Assembly: GCF_009914755.1 (NCBI RefSeq)
Contig: NC_060942.1
DNA from: the human T2T-CHM13v2.0 reference genome, Homo sapiens
Direction: 5' to 3' (one strand)
Length of the DNA stretch: 64,000 bases
Position numbers and translations under genes: made by a program. Positions 49,756-64,000 of the stretch are shown piece after piece (positions within the stretch are counted from its first letter, which is position 1; every line of letters starts with the position of its first letter). Under the pieces are notes generated by a model. It was not told the origin of the DNA. It was given only the letters and a program-made list of their open reading frames with translations, and did no database searches.

Positions 49756-50080
49756 CATTGCATTCTAGAATTTCAGAAAGTAATTAAGCAAGACATTTTT
49801 GTAATGGCTTTAGCATAAACTTTAAACAAAAATTTGTATGATCATGCCAAGAAACATCTATGGTTGTGTACCCTAAAAGAAGGAACCAAAAAGAAAGAAA
49901 AAAAATTGCAAAACCAAAAAATAAGAACATTGTGTAATCGGTATATTTGGATACATGCTGGAGAAATTCAATAGTGACTGTCTTTCTAATCAATCTCTGT
50001 TTGACATCACTTGTTACCTCTGTGCTAAATATGTTCTTGAAATAGAGTAGGCCCTTCTGACTTGATCTGATTAACAATCA
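49756..50080 (-). pseudogene. Dynein relic: AAA2 lid / AAA2-AAA3 region exon
   Basis: Open frame 49784-50077 with YTMFLFFGFAIFFLSFW vs ...YFVFA.IW.FGG; strong donor ATG|GTAAGT at 49755; 5' boundary uncertain. Confidence 0.45.
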
Positions 50081-51029
50081 GGTCAATTGTGAATTGTCTA
50101 CTTCTCAGCTACATGACTCGTTATTTTTGAGTAGTGATTCATGACTGACAACAAAGAGAACTGGCTCTAAAATTTAACTCATGACAACTAATAAAGTAAG
50201 GGTAATTTTCTAGTTATAACTGATTTAGAAAATATGTGAAATAAACCAGCAAATGCCCTTAGCAACCTAACTAGTTATATAAATATTTCTCATTTATGAT
50301 ATGTAAAATTCTTCTCCCCAAAACTGCTTTGACCTGACAGTCTATTACCTTCCTGTGAGTTCCTTTATTAACAAGCTAATATACTTTGAAATGTGCTCAA
50401 GATCAATTTTTCTGAGAAATTTTTCTTTAACAAACCATAACCCACACATTCCATCAAGTGATGATATTGCCTCTAAATTCGAAGAGAATAAAATGAAGTT
50501 GTCAAGAGTGAAAATCACTTCACTACCCCCTACTCTTCACTGATCTATAAAGCTGTAATTACCTGTCTTCAAAATTATAACCTTTCCTGTGGTCTCAAAT
50601 GAAAAAGTATTCCTTCTATTCTAGGTGTATCCCTGTCCCTGTTTTTTCAGTCCTTTCTTATGTCAGTGCATATGAAAAGGTGTTATCCTCTAGAACATAG
50701 GTTATTTATTCTCATGGTTTACCAGCATCTATGAATCAGTTCTTCTTATAGCTTCTAAGTCTATTAAATTCCCTCTCATATATAAACACCTAATAGGCAA
50801 ATAAGAAAGAAAACACTTATTAAATCAGCATATCCCTCCAAATCTCACTCTAATTTTTTCCTTCATTTTACATTCTAACTCATCAAAAGAAAATGACTTT
50901 TTGAAGTATAGAGTTCATGTAACTCTATACTTATGTCCAGAATGACTGGACATAATCATGGAAAAGTTTTCAGTGACAAGAACAGTAACTAACAAGCTGG
51001 CAGGCTGTCTAAATAAATAAATAAATGCA

Positions 51030-51845
51030 TCAATTTAGAAATTAAAAAAGAGAAAGAAATGAAAAGCATCCAAATTAGAAAGGAGGAAGTAAAATTATCT
51101 CTGGTTATGGGTGATATAATCTTTTATATAAAAAACCTTAATAACTTCACACACACAAAAATTGTTAGAGCTAATAAATTCAGTAAAGTTGCAGCATACA
51201 AAATCAACAATGAAAGATAGTAAGTTATGTTTCTATACACTAACAATAAACTATTCAAAAAATAAATTAGGAAAACAATCCTGTGTTCAATAACATAAAA
51301 TAAAATAGCAAAAAAAAATTAACAAAAAGAGTGAAAGAGTTCTACACTGAAAACTATAAAACACTGACGAAAGAAAGAAATTAAAGCAGAAAAAAATAAA
51401 TGGAAAGACATCCCATGTCCATAAATTAGAATAATTAATGCTGTTAAATTAATGCTGTTTCTAATACTCAAAGCAATCTACAGATTCAATGTAAACCTTA
51501 CGAAAATTCCACTGACAGTTTTTACAGAAATAAAAAAAGTACAAAATTTATATGTTCCTACAAAATACCTCAAATTTTTAAAGCAATCTTGAAAAAGAAA
51601 AAAAAAGCTGAAGACATAACACTTCCTGATTTCAAAATATATGACAAAGCTACAGAAATGGAAACAGAATGGTACTAGCATGAATATAGATATATAGATC
51701 AGTGGAACAGAATAGAGAGCCCAGAAGTAATACCAAGCATATACAGTCAATTATAGTTGACAAAGGTGTGAAGAATACACAATGGGGAGAGTATAATCTC
51801 TTTAATAAATGGTGTTGGGAAAATCAAATGTCCATTTGCATTCAA
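51030..51845 (+). mobile_element. L1M ORF2 fragment
   Basis: aaataaatggaaagacatcccatgtcc...gatcagtggaacagaatagagagcccagaa. Confidence 0.88.
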
Positions 51846-51869
51846 AATTGTTGAATTGAGACTTTAAGG

Positions 51870-52242
<373 letters not shown>

Positions 52243-53399
52243 TTAAAAACAAACTTCTCCAGGTTTCCCTTTTAATCTGGTGATTTAGTCATGGTAGATT
52301 AAATATAGAAAGATGTTAAGATGGGCTTCTTGCTATATTGGTTTCAACTGAACTCCCAAGGTTGAGAGAGTATAGTGAGTAATACGTAAACCAACATTTT
52401 TAAAGAGGATGGCCCACTTAGGCAGAGCATGCTGAGAAATCCTAAAGGCAGTTTGGCCAGCATCATTCTACCTTCAGAAGTTTCCAGGAAATTAGGACTT
52501 CTTGGAACACAGTTGTTTATGTGCTATATTTACTCTTTCTTCATCCATTGATGAAAGAGTGTTTTTTGTTGTTGTTGTTGTTTTCTTCCCATTGCTCTAA
52601 GCCAAAAGGAAGGATCTTGAAAGGAATGAATGGAAAGCTTTAGACGAGTCCTTTAAAGTTTGGAAAACACAAGTGGCCATATTTTCCTAATGCCTACAAA
52701 GTCCAACAGTAAAAGGCAGTGGCTGCATTTACCCTGCTTGGTGAGAGAATAAAGAGGGATGCATTGAGAGTAAGTGTCACTTCTGCTCCTAGCAAAGCAA
52801 AGATGTACGTGTCCTGAAGAAGGGGATGCCCTATATCAGGAAGGTCAATATGACCTCAACAGAATGGTAGACTCCCTGAATTCCCATGGGCTAAGAAGGA
52901 GTCTGGAGATGCCAACTGAGTTGAGGCATTTCCAGCATCAGGGAATCTGCAGTTGGCGGTTTCCATCAGGGGCTCTACCTTTTCTGGGCCCTATTTTTCT
53001 AATCTCCTTCCACTTTGGTCTGACCTAGAGGGATCGGGAAAGAAGCAGGAAGGAAATAGAGAAAAATGTGAATCAAGCAAAAGAGAATACATTAACTTTG
53101 AACACATCTACTGCAGGCTTTCAAACTTGGCATTAACCCGTATTATAGGAATTCAAAAATTTTAAATTTTAAATTGAATTAAGCCATGGAGCTATGTACT
53201 GATTGAGGACTACCTTTTTTAATGGTTTGAGGATTTTTAATTACATAAAGTTTAAAAAAAAAAACAAGCTATGGGGCATACCTGAGATTTTATAAAGAGA
53301 GAAAGAAATATCCAACAAAACAATTTTGAACGTGTAGTGAGAAAAATATAGGTTGTATCTGTTTTTACATTCTGAGTCCAGTTTAATTAGTAAACGTTT

Positions 53400-55070
<1,671 letters not shown>

Positions 55071-55559
55071 ACAAGAAAAGCGATCACAATTTTCCCTAGA
55101 GAGTCCTTAGTTATGTCTGTTTTTCAGTCATAATTATAGATAGCTTTCACTTTCATAGCCAAAAATGGGGATTATATAGTCACTTTATGATAGGAGGTAG
55201 GAGTTGAGATATAAATGATGTAATTATTGTAGCGGCAGGTAAGGATCTATGGTTGTCCAGGGAATAATACATCAGCAAATTACAAATATTAACAGAGGTG
55301 CCTTTCCACATAGTTGAAATTTTGCCGAGATTTTTAATCGCTACCATATTTTGTTATGTCATAATTATGTGAATCTTCCTGAAAAGTATGAAGTATTATT
55401 ATGTGAATCTCCCTGAAACATATGAAGTAATATGCTTTTAAGATAAAATAGAGTGAATATGACTTAATTTCTCTGGATCATTAGCTTATCAAAATATAAT
55501 TTATACTATAATACCCCTGAAGGGATACCCTTGAAGTTTGTAAGAGTATTCATCATTCA

Positions 55560-55975
55560 CTAAATTGTATGTGTGTGTATTTGGTTATACTTGTGTGTGA
55601 ATAATGGGATGAAAGTGTGTATGGATGGCTGATGCAATAGAGAAGATATCAGAGAGGAGGACAGGACTGTGGTGCAGAGGACAGGAGAGAGCAGGGAGTG
55701 TGGGGGAGCAGGATGCTTTCAAGGAGGATAAAGAAAACAGAAGAGAGGGTGAATGTACTATTTCCATGTATGTTGTGATGTAGGGTAGTATGTATATTAC
55801 AATTACGTATTCTGTATGTACTGTAATTGAGGTTCGTGTGTGTGTGTGTGTGTGTGTAAGAAAGAGTTTGTATGCACTGGGATGGGTGTCTATAGTTGTA
55901 CGTGCAGTGTGAGTACATTTGTGTCTATGTTGAAGTATGAGAGTTAGTACATGCATGAAATGTGTGAGTATTTGT
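55560..55975. repeat. Degenerate (TG)-rich low-complexity tract
   Basis: Direct reading; pure (TG)n at ~55836-55857. Confidence 0.8.
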
Positions 55976-56029
55976 CTTTATTACTATCTTTTCTTTCAAT
56001 CTTTTAACTTCTCATTATGACCACTATAC

Positions 56030-57543
56030 TTAAGTGAGACACCTCTTCTATATTCTTATAATTTGCTATTTCTCATCTGGTATAGGACATAAAATCAAAT
56101 ACCCATGTATATGAAATGTATATGTACGATAAGGACACCACCCTTTGAACAGTGACTTGAGTGGCACACCTACTGGTGAACAATGTAAGTGTTAATTAAA
56201 CCAGTTGCGACAAAGAATTGGTGACTAAGGGACTTTTCTTTGTGTATGTGAAACTCTCAGCTTGATAGGGAAAAAGTATCTGCAACATTTTGCTAGAGAA
56301 AGCACAAACAAAATGGACATCATTATAAATTCATGTCCATAGAGATAATATTCTTTAGGAGAATTTTGAAAAACTCTCACAACACATTTAGATAATAGCA
56401 AAAGTGGTGTGGCAAAGGAAGACCCACATTATATATATTGCTGTTTTTTGCTGTGTATAACATAAAACAGCTGTGTCTTCAGGTTTAGAACAGAATTTAA
56501 GCTGTATTTTTTTTTCCAACTTTTACCAAAATATTTATCTTTGAGAAGGTTTTTCTGATCAACGTTCCCTGACTGGCTAATAGCCAATCTTCCCTTTTCT
56601 CTCTTCTTAGAATACATCTCCTCCAAGCCCGCTATTACTAACATTAGGAGAATGAGTGGCTGCAACTTCTGGAGTTTTATTATGAGGTTCATAATAAAAC
56701 CAGATTGAAAATATACATGTGAGGATATGAAAGATTTAAGAGCATAGGTAAAAAATAAAGTGAGATTTCAGGGTCAATATGAAAATTTTTGACCACGGAC
56801 AATGTTCTTCTTGCCTAAATAGATAAAAGGATGAAAATTAATCATCTTGAGTGGAGCCTCACAAGGCATGAATGAGCCAACTGGAACAAGTTAAGCTGAA
56901 GTTGCAAGTTCGGGCAGAGAAATTGTCTGATTCAGGGACCTTGGCCCAATCCATTTTACGTGACAGTTGAGAAAAGATTTGCAGTAACAAAATCACATTA
57001 GGGAATAGAGAACAAAGCACCAAAGGAGAACAAACAAGAAACTTGGATCCCACACCAAGGGCAGAACAACAATAAGATGCTTTAGTTTACTGGATTCAGA
57101 TATGGAATTAAAGTATTTTTCTAGTAAGTATCATTGGGTATTTGTGGGAGCATATTAATAATAATCTGAAAGTGCTCTGTTTAGATGATTCAGCTTTAAT
57201 TTAGTGTCCACTTCCAAATTTTAATTTTTATATGTACATCAAAAGACACTAAGTTATGGTCTCTTGAGATATTGGGAGAAAAACTTTTTATGAAATCAAA
57301 TCAGAGAACAGAAATGGGGAATTATTGAAGAGGTTTTACAGATAGCAAAATAATAAACTTATGTTAATATTTAGCTTTCAGTTATCCTGTTGCTGAGCTG
57401 TGAGGATTCTAATTATCTAATTATTCATTTTCTTTTCTACTTTTGTTTGCCTCAGATCATTTACTTCGTCAGAAGACAGGTTAGGACCAAAAACAAGAAA
57501 ATCAATTTGATCAGCATAGTAAAACTTTGGATAGAAAAAGATG
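56030..57543 (-). pseudogene. Dynein relic: AAA1 small subdomain plus AAA2, apparently one large exon
   Basis: YADQIDF vs QDHYDF; NLFNNSPFLFSDLIS*KVFLP vs KF..D.PLFLGLISDLFP; LLEKYF..SESSKLKHLIVV/SALGVGSK (~57042-57125) vs FLEKIIQLYE..VRHG.MLVGPTGSGK; VVKNFHIDPEIS vs V..YVLNPKSIT; LFTSRCATQVTVQRGGVLIV (~56125-56185) vs LFEV.DL..ASPATVSRCGMVY. Confidence 0.65.
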
Positions 57544-57551
57544 GTTTAAAT

Positions 57552-59540
<1,989 letters not shown>

Positions 59541-60280
59541 ATTTAATGGTCAATTATCATGAATTTTAAGATTTGTCTTGGACTTTGACTCAAGTCATGT
59601 CAGCAAACGCACCTGCCCTACGTCCTTCAGGCAGGAGCAAAATATTGTGTACACATGATCAATACACATCAAGGAACTTATGATTTTTTGTAAAAGCAAT
59701 ACATCAAAAGAAATATATATGTAAGAAAAAAGTTAGTCTGTAGTGATACAAATTAAGTGTTAGTACAGGAAAGCATTTAAAATATGAGAATTCTGCAAAA
59801 AAATCAATTTGTGATCAATTAGTGGTAACTATAGAGAGAATATAATGAAATCATATGAGAACAAAGTAATTATTTAGTTACCATAAAGGTCCAATGCAAT
59901 ATTTAAAAAGGATAAGGAAAAAATAGTTTATAAGGCATTGATATCCATATTAATAAATTTAAAGTATTCAGTTATTAACACTATATAACATGAGATTTTG
60001 GAATAGATATTTTTATGTACAATGGTTAGTTGACTTTATATTTTACTCAAAAACACAAATATTTTAATATAAATATGAAATGTTTATTTTCACATATACT
60101 TAGAAACATTTATATATTGTTTATTAGAAAAGCGTAAGTAAATGGTCTATTTTTCATCAGATATAATATTAGCATCAAATGTAAACCTGTCTGGCAAGAT
60201 AGTCAATCTGCGTTGGTCAAATATAGGTTTTTGTAAACTCATTATTTTGTAATATTCAAATATTTTGAAATATTCAAGTA
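59541..60280 (-). pseudogene. Dynein relic: AAA1 large subdomain
   Basis: FDQRRLTILPDRF (~60180-60220) vs GN.RLVITPLTDRC; YFKFINMDINAL (~59930-59966) vs CFDEFNRIDIEVL; CFPVLTLNL vs CAVFITMNP; LFSYIYISFDVLLLQKII vs LFRPVAMVVPDLELICEI. Confidence 0.55.
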
Positions 60281-60281
60281 G

Positions 60282-60954
<673 letters not shown>

Positions 60955-60964
60955 TGTCTACACA

Positions 60965-61004
<40 letters not shown>

Positions 61005-61899
61005 AATGTAGAATGCAAAATACAAAAAATATATTTGGTCAAAGGAATAATATGTATAGTTAACAATTAAATTATACATTCAAAGTTGAAATGTGATGTC
61101 ATGGTAACAGTTATTGTTAACAGTACATAAAAATCATGTATTAACAAGAAGTATGGGGTAAGGTAGAATCCTAGATAGGGCAAAACTGAAATTTTCTCCC
61201 ATTAGAGAGAGTTAAAACATAAAAGAAACCTGTGTTTCCAATATTGGTGGTTACAATGATTTTCAGGTAAGACAGATCCTCCTTCTCCTAAGATTTAAGA
61301 ATTGTACATTTTGACCAACAGTTATGATAGGACCAACTGATAATCTGTTTGAACTAGCAGGAGAGTAAAGTATAAGAACCAGTAAAAATCACTTATAAAA
61401 ATGGTGACCCAGCCCTAGCTGCTAATACCCTTCATTGAATGCTAGAACTACAGAAGAAGCAACGAAGATGCTAATAGGCCTTAAAAGCAATTGCAAAACT
61501 TATGTACATCCTGTAGTGACAGAGGTAACAAGGCAGGAGGAAGTGACAGCCCAGATCAGAAAAGGGAAACTTGCCACAATTTAAGGATAAGTTAGGAAAC
61601 GGCTGATTATTGGTGCTCTTTTGTTCTTTCCAGCATTGCTCTGGACAGATTCTGCCTACTTTCACCACATGAGGCAGAACCAAAGAACAAAAGCAGCACC
61701 AGCCTAGGATGCCAGCCTGGGTTATCCAGGTAAAAAGAGGAGGGCGGAGCTTGAGCTCAGCCAGGGTGAAAAACATTGTTTTTCCCCACATGTAGTCTTA
61801 CTAGCTCTGAAGCATTCTCTCTCTTCCTATTCTCTTCCCACACCTTCAGGTTTCTACAACAGAGTAAGAGTGGTTTTAGTAAACTGGTGCTGTAGCTCT

Positions 61900-62480
61900 A
61901 GAGAGACCCTCTGTGACTACATGATGGTCTAAGGGAGAGGAGGTGTCACAAATCGGGAGTGTTCGGAGGCTCGATTATCATCCCTGAGGGGACCGCCTCG
62001 CCTGCCAGAAACTCTCATCTACATTCAGCAGAAAATGCATAAACTATCTCTGGGCTTGACAACTCACAACCAGTTAAGCCAGCTTATCTGTAAAGGGCCA
62101 AAGAGTAACATTGGATATGAGATTTGTTACAGTCTGAATAGGAATACAGCAGATGAGCTGTGCAGCCAAATGGAAAGAGCCAAAGAATGCATTCATGTGC
62201 TGGAAGATCAGATCAAGGAGAAGTCACAGAAGGTATAAAAGAAAACTTGGAAATGTGAAAGAAAAATGAACTTTCATCATCTCTTCAAGATAAAGAAAAA
62301 TAAATGAAGGAAAAGAAAATTTGTAGAAATGTTGACCGGTAATTGCTCTGAATAAAGAAAACTTGAAAAGGCTGGTTGTGAGACATAATAGCACAATTGG
62401 GAAGAAAAAAATCCTAGAACAAGTTTAGAGAATTTTAAGAATATCGAATCAAGAAAAGTTTGTAAAGGAGTTCATACAGA
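61900..62480 (+). mobile_element. Ancient L1/HAL1 ORF1-like fragment
   Basis: Coiled-coil-like ORF 62035-62238 (MERAKECIHVLEDQIKE) resembling L1 ORF1p. Confidence 0.5.
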
Positions 62481-62872
62481 AAGAGAGGACTATAAAGAAA
62501 GAGACTTATTTTAAGGAATTCACTCAGGTGATTATGGAGGCTGGCAAGTCCAAACTCTGTGAGGAGGGTTGGCAGATTGGAGATGAGAGAAGAGCCAGTG
62601 CTTGAGTTTAAGCCCTAAGACTCCACTGCAGAAGTCCCTCTTGCTGGGGACAGAGACTGGGGGCAGTCAGTCTTGTGTTGAATTCAGGTTTTTGACTAAT
62701 TAGGTTGGCCCACTCACATAATTGAGGGCACTGTGCTTCACTCTGAATTTATCATTTTAAATGTTATTTTTATCCCAAAACATCTTCCCAGAAACATCCA
62801 GAGTAATGTTTGACCACATATCTGGGCAACATGACCCAGCTAAGTTGACATATAAAATTAACCATCACAACC
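62480..62872 (-). mobile_element. MLT2-type LTR followed by (CA)n at 62877-62916
   Basis: ttatggaggctggcaagtcc...aagttgacatataaaattaaccatcaca. Confidence 0.85.
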
Positions 62873-62873
62873 C

Positions 62874-62919
<46 letters not shown>

Positions 62920-63249
62920 AATTAACTTTGTGACCAGGTTTCTCAATGTCAAATCAGGATATAAGTAAAACAATGGAAAAAATAGTTTGAAAGTGTTAAA
63001 GAACTATGAATGTAAAATGCTATAGTCAAATATTTTATTTAAAGAAAATAAGGATCATATCAATCATAACATTTTATTTATATAAATCATAAAATAAGGA
63101 TACTATTAATCATAAAATTTTCAAAAGTCTACAATGGAAAAACTTTTGTAGAAAACTCTCTTAGAAGAATTAACTTGGCTGAGAGAGAAATAAATTCATG
63201 AGGACTATATGAGCTAGGTAGGAAACAGAGGTGATAAAATAATTCAGTA

Positions 63250-63548
63250 GCCAGGTGCAGTGGCTCACACCTGTAATCCCAGCACTTTGGGAGGCTGAGG
63301 TGAGCGGATCACGAAGTCAGGAGATTGAGACCATCCTGGCTAACACAGTGAAACCCTGTCTCTGCTAAAAATACAAAAAATTAGCTGGGCTTGGTGGCGG
63401 GCGCCGGTAGTCCCAGCTACTCAGGAGGCTGAGGCAGGAGAATCTCTTGAACTGGGAGGCAGAGGTTGCAGTTAGCTCATATCGCACCACTGCACTCCAG
63501 CCTGGGAGACAGAGCAAGATTCCATCTCAAAAAATAATAATAATAATT
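63250..63548 (+). mobile_element. AluSc/Y
   Basis: Full length; TSD aataattcagta. Confidence 0.93.
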
Positions 63549-63629
63549 CAGTAAATTATGATGTTGCCTAAAAAGAATTAAACACAATCTGTACATATAA
63601 TGACCCTCCTTCCCAAAATCACCCTAGAT

Positions 63630-63970
63630 TAGTGCTGTCCAATAGAAATATAATACAAGACACAAATGTTAGCCACTTTGTAATTTTAAGTTTCTTAGTA
63701 GCCGTATTAGAAATAGTAAAAAGAAACAGGTGAAATTTATTTTAATAATATATATAAAATATTAGACCTAATACTATATATCTTCAAAATGTTGTTTTAA
63801 CATGTAGTCAAGAAAAACAATTATTAAGGAGGTATTTTATATTTCTGTTTTTTACAGTCTTTTAAATCTGGTGTATATTTGACGCTTAAATCTCAATTTG
63901 GACTAACTACATCTTAATTACTTAGTCACCACATGTAACTAGTATCTGCCATTTTGGAAGAATACAGTTC
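63630..63970. mobile_element. MER33/MER3-type hAT-Charlie MITE
   Basis: agtgctgtccaatagaaatataat...tctcaatttggacta...tagtcaccacatgt. Confidence 0.8.
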
Positions 63971-64000
63971 CCGATGATGCCAACATAGTGAATGGTCATC

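Noticed and set aside
49784-50077. Hydrophobic ORF as a stand-alone transmembrane protein
   Set aside because: It has no convincing start context and fits the hydrophobic AAA2-lid helix position in the collinear dynein relic.
55585-55956. His/Thr-rich ORFs
   Set aside because: They are products of (CA/TG) low-complexity sequence.

Overview
AT-rich primate (human-like) genomic DNA dominated by interspersed repeats: Alu J/S/Y, L1, L2, MIR, a MER50-type ERV1 provirus with ATAT TSD, a complete THE1 element, solo LTRs, and hAT and Tc-Mariner MITEs. No intact protein-coding gene is visible. The unique DNA between the repeats, read on the minus strand, gives heavily decayed exons (stops and frameshifts, but many GT/AG sites intact). 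Their translations match dynein heavy chain motor motifs in the correct order: AAA1 (~60.2-57.3 kb), AAA2 (~57.1-56.1 kb), AAA2 lid (~49.9 kb), AAA3 (~43.5-40.2 kb), AAA4 (~36.9-36.0 kb), stalk CC1 (~35.3 kb), MTBD (~32.7/30.2 kb), CC2 (~25.6 kb), AAA5 (~24.3 kb), strut (~23.1 kb), AAA6 (~21.1-18.8 kb), AAA6 lid (~11.7 kb) and C-terminal domain (~1.5-0.8 kb). I infer an ancient unprocessed pseudogene of a divergent dynein heavy chain that extends beyond the window. A MER58 and a THE1 element appear to sit inside its exons and could date its loss. All alignments were done by eye against remembered consensus motifs and need profile-HMM confirmation; repeat subfamily names are also from recognition, not a database search.
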